A stretch of 64,000 nt of DNA from Phoronis australis (GCA_002633005.1 NMRA01000031.1:719185-783184); one strand, 5' to 3'; counted from the first letter of the stretch, positions 10,972-23,268 are shown. Notes: generated by a model from the letters alone, not told the origin. Made by a program: numbers and translations.

Positions 10972-13729
10972 TCTTATGGGCATGACTGACCGCTGGTAAC
11001 GTGTATACATGTGCACCCTATCGGTAACAAATTGATAGCGTCACGATAGTCCTTTATTAAACTCAGTAGGTTTGTCAGGCATTAATCGACAGTCCTAAGT
11101 TCCATGAATTGAGGCGACCCTATTTTTTCATTTCCATTATGACCACGCAAAACATAATGAAAGTCATGTGAGAGTTATATACCCTTCGTTTTGTGACGGA
11201 AGGCAAGTCAATTGTCAGCCAATCAACCTGACCACAATAAACAAATTGATACAGTATTGACTGATTAAAAACACGGATTTCTGTGACATGCCATGTAAGG
11301 CCTAAAACCATTCTACAAAAAATGAATGATTAATCAAACCAAACAGATCCCGTGTTCAATGTAAAGTTCCACTGCCGGATCTACGTGCCAAATCAAAACT
11401 TTGAAGCAAAATGAGTTCTTGTCTGTGGCGTTTTTCTTTCTTTGTTTTATTGTTTGCGTCAGTTGGGTATTGCATACAACTACTGCTTTCCATTATTTCT
11501 AAAAGCTATTGGCGTATTTACATTGGCACGACGTTTCGGAGATTGATGTAAATATACCAATATATGATAATACATCACCACCTCTAAGCGGTCTTAGGAA
11601 GATAGTACAGTTTGCTAGTGTTCATTCCGATGTCTCTATACAGGAGTCTAACTGAATGCTTTGCTGGAACGCAGAACGACAGTTTTGAAGTAGTAGTGTC
11701 TTGCACCTTATGTTTTCAAGTCGGCCTTGGTATCGGCTTTAAAAAAGCTAAAAGGTGTGAATTTTAGCAGACTTCCTTCATGTCATAGTATTTTTAAGGT
11801 TTGTCTTTGTTTAAGTCAGTGTCCCAGTGCCCCTTTTTTCGGAGGCTACTTACGCGAAATGGCCTCGGCGGTGCTTGTACTGCCGGGATAATTGTATCCA
11901 ATACACTTTTTCACACCGGCGTATGTGAATGCTGAGATTTAAACGAGTCTCCTTGTTGAGTATCAAACATGCGATGATTTTTTTTATTGAAATTGTGTAA
12001 AAACTACATGACAGACCTAACGCGCCTTTAAAAAAGCGTTAACTAACAGTGTTGGTTTATGTGTTCATTTATTTTACGCTTGCGCCCTCATCCACTGATC
12101 ATAGGTCTGAGTTCCGTAGAAGCAGGCATCTCACGAGTAAAGCTTGTTTCACCACGTGTTTCACGTGTAATGCCTAGTGATATGTCGCCATGTCTTTGGT
12201 GATCTTGCGTTTTCGCGATGTTTTCGCGTCTACGGAACGAACGCCAGACCTTCTTTCCTAGCTTCGACAACAACGAGCGTCATCTTTATCTTCAAAACAT
12301 TTATTTCTAAGGTTTTTTAATTTTATCTGTGGTAACCGTCAAATTTCCGTAGTTGATAGATGGGCAGTGTGCGTTCCGTAGAGGGCTTTTTTGGTAGTTT
12401 GGAGAGGTCACGCAAGATCACATGAGGCGTGTGATTTGCGAGCAAGTTCGTAGCCTCACTATAGTGATCAGTGGTCGGCACACTAACAGAGTGGCCGCCA
12501 ATAAAGTGGCTCGAATGTTGAATTACGTTTTCTATAAGCCAAGATATTCGCCGCAAGTGACTTTCGAGTGCCTTGTGTTACGGAACGCGTCCCTGGTAGG
12601 AATTTGGTTGCGTTACTTATTTTTACCGTTTTAGCGCCACTCATATCTTGTAATAAGGGCTATCCAAGTTCTCATGACCCTAGGTCATCATCCTTAAGCA
12701 ACCTTTCGGTTGTGGTACACTGAAAATGACACTTTCGTAGTTTATTACCTAGATACATGTAAAATAAGAAGTGGCATTGGGTATCATCAATGCAATTTCA
12801 AAGCTTGAAACCAGCTAAATTAGGAAAGATTTGAGATTGCTTTCACATTTTTGTCACCTGTTCCGCATTTCCCAAAGAGGCACGTGGAGTTCTTCTGCCT
12901 GAAAGACAACAGAAATATTTTAGGTATTTCTAAAAAGATCCTATCAAATTTTCACAATTTTGATAACTGCCCTCATACTGTGCTTAATGAATGAAGATGA
13001 TAATCTGACGTAAGCTGTAAAAATTTGCTGCACAAAAATGTTTACAAGGAAGCTTTGGATGAAACCCCAAATGTCCATCTTGTACCATTTGCCACCATTG
13101 AGGACATTCTCTGCATGCCTGTCAGAGTGAAGAGATTCCCACTTGTAACTTGTTAGATTACATGCTGTTTCAAAAACCAATAATAATTGTCTCATTTCCT
13201 CAGTCACCAATACAGGTAGTTCCATTTTTCACCACCATGACATTTTCAGTTGTGTGCTATTAATTTCCAGGCGTGTTTGCGTTCAAGGTGGAATAAAAAC
13301 AGAAAACCAAGTGAAGAGTAAAGATTGTTGTCAAGGAGACTTTCATCGTCTGACAGTCACGTGGTGGCGCCAAAGTGGTGGAAGAAATACTTGAAATTTC
13401 TGCGCCACATTTCTCAAGAGAAATAAACTAACTGCAAAGGTGAGTTTCTGCAGTCAAGTTCTCACGTTTGTTTCAGCTGCCTACGCGACAAGAAATTGCC
13501 TCGTGAATAGCATTGTTGACGATTGAAGGTTTTTTTTCTGTCATGATATTCTAATCAAAATTGAATTTTGCTGAAGCAGTCGTTCGCTTGCATGTGGATC
13601 GGGCGTACGGTCAATCAGTTTCAACCGAGGCGTGTGGTAATTGGACGCATTCACGCTTACACACTGAGATCCGGCCAGACTAATTCCATTTCATATAACG
13701 TTAATGCCCGTCATCTTGTTCAGAACATA

Positions 13730-14900
13730 CTGGTTTATTCTAACTATACGCTGCGTGTTTATTTACATTCGGATTTGCGCGCTACCGGGGCCCGGTTTTG
13801 GGAACGAGCAAGCGCGACACTCCAGGCGGAACGTAAGTTTTTTTAATTACCTGTTTTCCGAGTAGATAATTATAGGAATAAACGGCATTGATGAAGACTA
13901 TTCGCATTAACGTCATATTTAATGTTATGGTCAAAATCAATCGCATCATATTATTTAGTCTACCAACGCTCCGTCGCAATGTCCAACATGTGTGATAGCG
14001 TGGGTGAGTTCGATATTACATTCTTGTGCATTCATGGTCTGCTGATAAAAAAGATTCAATGTCCCATTAGATTTGATAATTGTACTTAGTCGTCGTTTTA
14101 GTTCAGTTAGTAGAGATACTGGAGATTTCGTGCGACAACTTGTCAGTTGGTTGTGGTTCGTGGCATCTGTTCTACTGCGTTCGACAAATCACACGATTCT
14201 TTTTTCAATGGAGTCCATTCATTTCTATGGTGACAGTGTCAAAAAGCGGAAAGGAAATGAACAGCGGACCAGCTGTTGTCGCAACAAAACACACAAAGTA
14301 CCATATATCTCAGGGAATGTGATATATAGTATCCATACACCATAAATTTAATGTACAATAAAACAGCGCCCCCTGTCAAAATAACTGTTGTTGGATTACT
14401 TACCGTTATAATATTGGTCTCGTTTTGTTCCGGCTTGATAAGATTAGAAATGACTTCTTGGTTTGAGAGGAAATAACCATTAGTTATTGCTTCGGACCAC
14501 ATTCATAAAATTTACTTATCACGGCGGGTAAGTTGGAGCCGCCGAAGCAGCATGAAGCCAGGGGAAGTTTGGCCATTTTATTGCAACCGATTTCAGTTCA
14601 AGCAACTGATGTGAACACGGTGACGTTAGAACAACTAAACCTGTGAGAAGAGGATGGTTTGTAGTAGTTTTAAGTAGTGCTGGGTACAGGAATGTGTAAA
14701 AACAGCGAGTATTATCATTCATACCAATGTCGCCAATTTTCTGACGCAATCCTAAGAATACAACAGTTGCAAAAAGGACAAAGTACAACGTCACCACACA
14801 AAAAACACCCTAAGAGGTCACTTTCTGATCCCACAAGAAGTGTCTTTGTAGACAAGAAGCCGATTGAGTTCGTGTGTTCAGTTAAATATATCTCATAACG
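13730..14900 (-). pseudogene. Possible heavily decayed intronless class A GPCR-like gene
   Basis: Colinear hydrophobic blocks across frameshifts: RCFYTFLY..LVVL..ELKSVAIKWP (TM3/AIxxP-like), VCFVATTAGPLFISFPLF (TM5-like), RLNNMMRLILTITLN (TM6-like), ANPNV (NPxxY-like). No intact DRY or NPxxY. Confidence 0.3.
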
Positions 14901-16502
14901 TCTTGTCTTTTCCCAGATAATGACACAGGCTCCTTCATTCGAGTATGTTATTGGACACCAAAGGGGAACCTTTATCCCCGTGTTGCAAGTATAGTCATGC
15001 ACTGTCTAATTAAAAATCTAAACCAGTTCTGTAAATACACGTGCTTGTCGAATGCTTCTTGATCATCGAGGTCTCTTCTGTCGAGACAAGGCTTTGTTTG
15101 ATTTTCTGGTAGTCATTTGTCAATCAATTGTTCCAGAATTACAACTAGCTTATAATGTAAGGGTTTCAACTTCCACAAGCTGATGCGTTTAGGCCTAAAT
15201 CACACGCAGGCGCATTCATTCAAATTACGCCTTCAATGGTCAATAAGAAAGTATTGCATTTTTTTTTTCTTGATTAAGCTTAGGCCTACATCTTATAAAA
15301 TAAAGATTCAAGCCTGACCAGTTGGTTTTGTTGTTACTTACATTATTACGGTGATCTTTTATACATTCGAATGTTCTAGACTTCAAGGTCACGCAAACAG
15401 GCCAGAGCCACGAGTTGTCGTTCCGGATGTACACACCCGCGTGCCCGTTTTGATTTTGTGATGAACTGTGGAAGAGTGAAATAACCTCACGGCTGCTTCA
15501 CAGTCTGGTTAGGACATGTACGAAATAATGTATATTGTCCATGGGTGCTCCAGACAGTATTAGAGTGTTGAACAACTAAACGTTTGAAATAGGCACGTGC
15601 GTCATGCACGTTTTCGCCGTGATATTATTCATCGATCGGCTTTCCCGATATTTTGCCTCTGCCTGTGCCTGTCTTAACCTACAGCAGGTAATGCAAGTTG
15701 TCCAACTTGTTATGACTACCATTTATTGGAAGTAATTGAACAGTCCAATTTGTTTTGTGAACTGGAAATTACCAGTTAACTTGATTTAAAGTTTTCACTA
15801 ATGACTTGGTGGGAATTTCAAGTTTTTTAGGCGTTAGTTACACTAATGGCATGTTTTTTATTACGATAAATGATTTTTGTCGCAAAGAGCTGCGGGATAG
15901 CAGTTCAATTACCAGAAAATATAACAAAAATTATAGCAAAAATGGAATGTAGCGATAACTGATGTAGAAACGTTGTGACCGCTCTAGCTGAGTTTGCTTG
16001 CGACGCGAGAACTGGACCATTGTACTCGTAGGCGAATTTTTTACGTTGCTGTTTTGCAGGTGGGGGTGGGTAAAAGAGGGTTTTGCCCGAGCATTTTCTT
16101 AACTTGTCGCATTTTTCACTATTCGCGCCTAAATCCGGGGGCTAGTTGCTCCCAGCATGTACCCTGTCTACGCCAGTGTCTATAGGCTCGTATCTCAAGT
16201 ACGGATTTCACGATCACTTCCTAGAAGCCATAAACAGTTGTTTTTTTTAGCTCCGTAAATTCTAAAAACCAAGGTGTCAGTGGCAGAATTAGGCGTCACC
16301 TAGCGACCATTGGTAGTGCGATTTCATCGCACGAAATAAATGGCCTTGTAAGATAACACGAGATCTCGCAGTCATAAGTCATGGCTTTCGTTCAATTAAG
16401 ATTTCGTTGTTGCTGGATTCCATGCATTGACAGAACAGATTATTCTCTTACGATCTTTGAAATTAAAGAGACCTTACAAGAAAAAACAGCAAAAGAATTA
16501 TT

Positions 16503-17201
16503 AGTAGTATAGTAAGTTGTTTAGGCGACCTGTTTGAGTGGGACCAAGGTCAAAGGTTATAGACCAAAGGTGAAAGTCAAATAGTCAACGGTCACATAGT
16601 TTGAGAGTACTGGAACGGGCATCATCCGCCAACCGGAAGGAAGTGACAATGACTTCATAGATCATTACGTAATAGGTTTAATTGGACCTCGATCCAATGT
16701 CAAGGTCATGCGTATCGTTAAACCGGAATGAAACGAGGTCAAATCGTTACTCACGTGACTGCTGAAATCATAAGGTTGGTTAGAGCGTGGCACCGTCCAC
16801 CACCCGGATGTTCTGACACTAAGAAGACGTTGGAAACGTTGTGTTTTTAGAGTTCAACTGATCGAGAGTGAAAACAAATAGGGATTGTGTTGCATACTAA
16901 ATAAGAACAAAAGGTCGATTCCCTTATTTTGCATGCTCCACGTGTCGTCGTTTGTTCTCTCGTATCTCTCAACAACAGATGTCGCGTATAACCCGTGAAA
17001 GTTTCTAATAAGGAGATATTGTAACCACCTAACTCAACAACAGATGTCGCGTATAACCCGTGAAAGGTACTAATAAGCAAACACTGTAACCATCTAAAAT
17101 AGAACATAAATTGTTTAAACGTGTATTAATAACAAAGTACATTATAAAACACTACAAAAATCATTAAGGCGTTCAGACACCATTATCCGTACAAGTGGTA
17201 A
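16503..17201 (+). repeat. Left TIR of the Polinton, with an internal ~65-bp tandem duplication (ctcaacaacagatgtcgcgtataacccgtgaaa x2)
   Basis: 16503-16830 is the inverse of 20207-20514 (e.g. ggcatcatccgccaaccggaagga / tccttccggttggcggatgatgcc). 16836-17201 is the inverse of 18380-18766. Confidence 0.9.
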
Positions 17202-17219
17202 AGTATTCGGTGTCCTGAA

Positions 17220-18130
17220 TTAAATGTTCAAAGGTACAGTGGTGACGTCGTCGTCGAACACCTGTCTTTCAGGATAAAAGTAGGTGAATGCACACCTCTC
17301 TTGCGGATAGGTATAAATGGTGTTATCGCCGCGTAACCTAAGTCCTTTGTTGAGGGCCGAGCTATTCTTCGTGGTCTGTAACACTTTGATATACCTCGCC
17401 TTATCGATTTCATTTCTCTGCTTTTGTACTCCTTTACAGGTAAAATTAGATTTACAATCGTCCGCTCTCACGTAATACGTTTTAGAGAAAAGTGCGATGC
17501 AGTAGTCCCCTTCGAATTCCAACATCACCAGACCAGGCGTGGGCATGTCGTAGGCATCGTTTTTTTCCGTGTCTGTTCGCGGAAACCAGAGATACTTTTT
17601 CCCTCTCAATATCTTCTCGGGTTTAATTGCGTTCGCTAGACAGTTTTCGGATATGGCCATGTCATGGGCGGCGTACCCATAGGGGGCTGGGGGGCTATAG
17701 CCCCTCCCCCACTTTTATCAGTGCTGCGCCGCATGTACGCAGAGTCTTTGTCCACCTTGCAATATTCGAAACAAAAATCAAAGACATTTTTGGCCAGCTT
17801 GTCTCTACAGCAGCAAGATACATTCAGTGTGTAGAAATATGTTTTTCTGGCCAGATGATGTTGTGCTTGTATTTGCAATTGAAGGCTTTGTGTTGTCTTT
17901 TATGGAGACTGCCAAACCTATGTTGATGTTGTTGTGGCATAATGTTTTTTTTTCACAATCGACATGTTTGTGTATCAGCAGTGACAACATCCTGCCGACA
18001 CAACCTCTCCTAATAAACTACATCATGAGCTCCAGTAGTTGATTTCTTATATTAATTCTCGCCCCAACTCCTCGTTCGCTCAGACAAATATGTGCGATCC
18101 AGTAACTGAGTGTTACAATGTCCTTCGTTG
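17220..18130 (-). pseudogene. Protein-primed family B DNA polymerase (pPolB) remnant, mostly C-terminal
   Basis: FEYCKVDKDSAY|MAIS (DTDS motif), TPGLVMLEFEGDYCIALFSKTYY, FTCKGVQK, NKGLR, IYTYPQER, FTYFYPERQVFDDDVTTVPLNI*. These match the Polinton pPolB C-terminus. Upstream part is deleted and frameshifted. Confidence 0.88.
17663..17731 (-). mobile_element. ~70-bp micro-MITE family C inserted in pPolB
   Basis: Reverse complement of 40949-41014. Flanked by CATGT on both sides (17658-17662, 17732-17736). Removal restores D-S-A-Y-M-A-I-S in one frame. Confidence 0.85.
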
Positions 18131-18379
18131 TAATAGTATACTCGTTTAAAAAATAGGTTTCTTTTCACGTAATTGATTTTCAGTTTGGTTCAAAATGTAC
18201 TTAATTGACCCAGTATAAAGTAAAATTATGTGTAAGCCCAGTCTTTATGTGAAACTTACGTAAGTAAAACTTATGTAATCAAACGCGTTATTAATGTGAA
18301 GCATGTCTAGTCCGAGACAGAGGAAAATACTGTGCGCTAGGGAAATCTTACGCTAACAGGATTTGCATCTTTGGACAAG

Positions 18380-18766
18380 TTACCACTTGTACGGATATTG
18401 GTGTCTGAACGCCTTGGTGATTTTTGTAGTGTATTTGAATGTACGTTGTTAGTGATACTCGTGTAAACAATATTAAGTTTATGTTCTATTTTAGGTCGTC
18501 ACAATGTCTGATGATTTACCTTTCACGAATTATATGCGACATCTGTTGTTGAGATAGGTGATTACTTACAACATCTCCTTGTTAGCACCTTTCACTGGTT
18601 ATACGCGACATCTGTTGTTGAGAGACGAGAGAGATCAAAGGGGATAATTTATACAGCGACGACACGTGGCAAAATAAGGGAAACAACTTTTCGTTCTTAT
18701 TCAGTACGTAACATAAACCCTATTTTGTTTCCACTCTCGAACAGCTGAACTCCACAAACACAACGT
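18380..18766 (-). repeat. Inner part of the right Polinton TIR
   Basis: ttaccacttgtacggatattggtgtctgaacgcctt...cactctcgaacagctgaactccacaaacacaacgt is the inverse of 16836-17201. Confidence 0.9.
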
Positions 18767-18768
18767 AT

Positions 18769-20205
18769 AGACCTAATTCACGCCGACGGGAGGCGCGTTC
18801 CAAAACGAGGCTCAATACGATAGCTCTGTTGGCTTGTCGGCACAGTTGCGTTCCGCATTGCTCGAACAGCTAGAAAAATTACGGAAATTCATCTGTCTGT
18901 TTTACAATCCCTATGGACGTTGAGATTCGGAAGCGTTGGGCCGTTGCCATACACTGCGACGAAGGAAAATATGTCCGTGTAAAATTTATAAATGTTTTCG
19001 AAAAGTTAGATCATATTTTGTCTCATATCGGTAGTGCCGAGCATCATAACAACAACTGGGGAATCTTCGGCCAGCCAGGCTCTGTTTACGGGTTAAAACA
19101 TGAGGCATTTTGCTCTCCAAAAAGGACAAGGTCCACAATCCCTCGATTTTGGGCCGAATTATCGCCCTATTCTCCTCTAAAAATATTCAAAAATCACGCG
19201 AAATTCCCCACACGAGGCCCACCAAAAATTCCCCTAGCGACTGAAAATTTCTCTTCACACACAGGTTACAGTTTGGAAGAGCACAAAATGCTACTTGAGA
19301 CAAAGCCTATGAGAACTTGCAACAGGGCGGGGGTGCTATTGATGGTGATCGGGTGGTAGATTTTTCCCCTCACTCGGCGAAACCTCTCAGAAGGCATAGG
19401 CACCTTTCCCTTCGGATGAACGAGGCCCCTGAAGAAACATGATAACTATGCTTGCTCTGTCCAGTTAACTAAACTTGACCTCTAAAACGAGGTTTTGCTT
19501 TGGATGAACGAATTAGGTGTTTTAGTTTTAAAATTCAACTTGGTTCAGATTGACATTTGAAACCTAACACAGGAAATAGACGTAAGAATTATTAAAACCA
19601 AGAACGCAGAACTGATGGTCAAATAATTTTTATTTTCAATTATTTTAATAAAAATATATTTAATAACATCAATTATTCTTTCAGATCAATGACAAATCAA
19701 CTATTAGTCCCGGTAGTCCCTACCTCACCTGGACCTAGGCTATGCTTGATCAACAAATTAAACCGGATGTGACATCACAGCAAAATGTGATGAGCCACCA
19801 CTGTCGAATATATCTTTAACTCATCAACAATACGAGCAGATGACAGGGTTCGTGTAGAAAGCATTCTCAACAATTTACAAGAAGAAACGTAACCCTGCAT
19901 TCACCATAATACCTAATCCGTAACACTACGATCGCCACAATTTGGTCATATTTACTTTTGATGATTCGAACCTAGTTTTCCGAAAAAATATACCCTTTCG
20001 TCAGACAACTTTTTAGTGCATTGAGTTGTTCTCTAAGGTATTTTCCTACATCTCTGCAGTTAATTATCGACACATTTTTAAGATTTAATATCCAGGTTGG
20101 ACTCGAAAGACCAGCCATTTAACTCACGCAATGTCAACTTCCGCTTTGTTTATCTCAGTGAGCCTCGCTTTGGATTTTAATGTGCGCCGCATGAGTTATA
20201 CGTCT
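18769..20205 (+). mobile_element. Non-autonomous ISL2EU/Harbinger-like DNA transposon with THAP remnant, inserted in the Polinton TIR
   Basis: Ends at|agacctaattcacg...ccaaaacgaggctca and tgagcctcgctttgg...catgagttatacgtct|ag. Absent from the left TIR. THAP-like frame at 18841-18984. Confidence 0.7.
18841..18984 (+). pseudogene. THAP zinc-finger N-terminal remnant
   Basis: HSCVPHCSNS*KNYGNSSVCFTIPMDVEIRKRWAVAIHCDEGKYVRVK has the CVPxC, FxxP and RKRW pattern of THAP domains, with one in-frame stop. Confidence 0.75.
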
Positions 20206-20206
20206 A

Positions 20207-20514
20207 GTCAACGCCTTCCGGGTGGTGGCGGTGTCACGCGCCCTTACCTACCTGATGATGTCAGCAGTCACGTGACTTCTGATTCGATCTTGTCTTTCTT
20301 CCGGTTTACCAACGTCTTCCGCTTACACGCATGATCGAGATCCCTCTAACCAGTCCAATTAAACTTAGTACCTAATGACCCTCCTTCCGGTTGGCGGATG
20401 ATGCCTCTTCCGGTTGCACCCAAAACACGTAACCTTTGACCTTTCACATTTGGTCTATGACCTTTGACATTTTCCCTGCTCAAACAGGTCGCTTAAACAG
20501 CTTACTATAATACT
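20207..20514 (-). repeat. Outer part of the right Polinton TIR
   Basis: ctcaaacaggtcgcttaaacagcttactataatact is the inverse of agtagtatagtaagttgtttaggcgacctgtttgag. Confidence 0.9.
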
Positions 20515-20883
20515 ATTATTGTAAAGATCACGTAGAAGCTTTGGCGTGACAAAAAACAAGTTTCAAGCGCCTTGCCCCGCTCAGAGGTCTTCGGTGCCAT
20601 TCTTTGTGGCTCATTTAGACGAAATGTGCGTCAGAATTTGAATGAGGAGGCATCTGATAGATGCCAAGTCCATGAGTACATACATTGCTGCTGAGAGGTG
20701 TGTCGTCCCGCTGTTCCCCTACACTCATGTTCTCAACAGAAGTAACCCAGTCTCGGTGTACCAATAGTATGTACCCCCTGGTTGTTAATTCAGTTTCTTT
20801 CTTTAAACACAAATTACGCCATTTTTGGCCATAGTACGATTAGAAAACGGACAATCGCCACACAAATAAAAAATTCATGTTAA

Positions 20884-20920
20884 GTCAACGTTTCGTCTAT
20901 TCATAAGACATCATCAGGAT
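20884..20920 (-). ncRNA. Minimal hammerhead-ribozyme-like motif (Penelope-like element remnant)
   Basis: Minus strand: atc CTGATGA t GTCT tatgaat AGAC GAAA cgttgac. Both core boxes, a 4-bp stem II and palindromic AACGTT are present; stem I is weak. Confidence 0.5.
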
Positions 20921-21487
20921 ATGTACAGTAGGACAACAAGTGTCGATTACCAATCGCATCCTGTATCCCTTACTCTCATTTCACCACATGGATGTGACTT
21001 GAATGGTAATCGACACTTGTAACTTAAGACTTAATTCAAACATTTTGTCTTACGCTACACGCAATTATTTCTAAACCATAATTTTATCTCTACGCAGCAA
21101 AACTACGGGGTCTTTGAAACTAGACCCACAGCTGCTTGTAGTTCAGGTGATTTGTATAGAGTATTGCTTCATTGTGGTGTGCAGAGAATTACGCGGCATA
21201 ATTCATTTAGTTATTGTGAAATTTTCTGACTTTTAAAGTCTTTAAGTACTTTTCATGAAAAGAACCCCTGGTATGTTTTACAAACTTTTAAAAAAGCTAT
21301 AGATTTCGAGCTCCAGCACTTCTATAGTAGTGGGTAAAACACGGATGATGTGCAAGCTGGATAAGAGAGCAGTGATGTTATGCACAAGCGAAATGCCTGT
21401 GAATGGACACTAACACAACAGAACAAATAGAGCATACACTACCCGCGAGACTTGCCGCAATCTGGCTCCACTACTACTGCCATATAA

Positions 21488-21521
21488 CTCTCTCTCTCTC
21501 TCTCTCTCTCTNTCTCTCTCT
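21488..21521 (+). repeat. (CT)n microsatellite
   Basis: Seen directly; contains one N. Confidence 0.95.
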
Positions 21522-23268
21522 ATGTTTAGGCCGGAAGTATCAGTGTTAGAACCAAAATCGTGGCTGCCCTCACACATCTGCCTGTCGTGTGTAGTGGGGG
21601 ACACCAGGCAACCATCTGAATCCGGAGATTTTTAGCCGACTCGTAGACGGTCTCGCCACCTGGTGATTGGCTGTTCTATTGTATGTGTACCCACTTAAGT
21701 TCCATAGCGTGTTTGTGGAAAAAATCAAGACTTTATGAAAAATCGTCTTGTCTACTTTCAATTCTAAACTATTCAAAACCAATCGAAAATGGTAAAAATA
21801 ATGATTTAACAAATTTAATGATTGTTTAAACGACCCGGACGGAGCCTCAGGTGAAGCTTATTTTGAATTCTGCTCTTCATTTTCGATTTAAAAATCTCGG
21901 TCTACGTGATTTCAACGGCTTCTAAGATGTTAAAAACATGTTGTAACGAAGCTATCGGTACCTACAAAGTTGATGAAAAATTCATAAAATTCCGAGCTCG
22001 TCTAGTTCTGCAGCCGAGTGATACTCCACCAATACTGTTTGAGGCTAAATCGGAAGTGAGATTGAACAACATTGCCATCTATTCGACTTGACTAAGGGTA
22101 TTTGACAGGGAATAATTAACTTAGGTTAACGGTAAAATCAGCAACGAACATGCAATATCTGAATAATTAATCAAAATTGCTATAAATTAAGGATATTCTG
22201 ACAAATGGGGAAAATATTGGAAATAAATTTTGACTGGGAAAACTATGACGGCCATCAGCCTCAGTTGGCGATGACACCGGGCAAAGACCGACGGCTGTTG
22301 TAGCAAGCAAAAATCACCCATTATTTCCGGTGGTAGTGACAAGCAAATTATTATCAGGTGACAAGTTAAATAGTGAAATTTGCACACAACTGAGAAGTAA
22401 ATAGATTTCCAATTTTCCACCAAGGCGACTTTACTAGGCGGCCGCCTTCCAACAGCGAATGGCGGCATATTTAATAGTATACCAATAACCAATAGCTTAA
22501 GAAAGGAAACTTGACATGGTAAGTATCAGTGAGTTTAAAATGTAAGGAAGATTTTTACCCAGCCAAGTGCATTCGTATAGGCTACTATCGGAGCCGGGCC
22601 ACCGAATGAACACTCAAGTCCACTGAACTTGAAAAACATAACTTCGTGTGAAGAAGAGATTAAACCTTTACTGCGCCATGCTCCTGACACTCAAATAATT
22701 TATCGTCGCCGACATTAAGTTCATAATCCCTACACTCTGCTCCGTCTAGCGCCACATTTTGGCCAGTTTGCATTTTCGATTATTTAATCGCGCAACTCTT
22801 AGTTTGTAAATATGTTTTTCAGAATTCAACGCTTAGCATAATTTTTTTACTCGAACGAAAAATTAGAAGTCTCTCGCGGACTTAGAGACGACCATGCAAT
22901 CCCCCTGCACTCTCGTCCCTAATATTCCGCGCACCCCTAACCTTCTCATGCAGCCGAACTCTATAGGGCCTACCGATTCTGCCGACTGATTCCGACTTCC
23001 CTGTTTACTTCTTGTAGCATTTAGCGTACCTGCTCGGACCGACTTCCTGGTGACGTGGAACTTTTAAAAGGTTGTCAAACGAAACCTGAGGTCGCATTGG
23101 AGACCTGAAACTCATCAAGTCGAGCCCTGTAAATTTGTCCATTAATTAAAATTTAAAGTCAATTTAGCGGCTAAGTGGCGCTTACTTACTCTCGAGGAAA
23201 CGTCGCTGTTGGTGGCCGGCCTGCAAAAAGGAAGCAGAGATGCGCGCTATTGTAATTCCGGTGAGAAG

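Larger units (their letters stand above)
16503..20514 (-). mobile_element. Internally deleted Polinton/Maverick (non-autonomous, 4.0 kb)
   Basis: Left end AGTAGTATAGTAAG, right end cttactataatact. Perfect 6-bp TSD ATTATT (16497-16502, 20515-20520). ~700-bp TIRs. Internal pPolB remnant. Confidence 0.9.

Noticed and set aside
17202-18379. Capsid, ATPase, protease or integrase genes in the Polinton interior
   Set aside because: None recognisable. There is no room for them, so this is not an intact endogenous virus.
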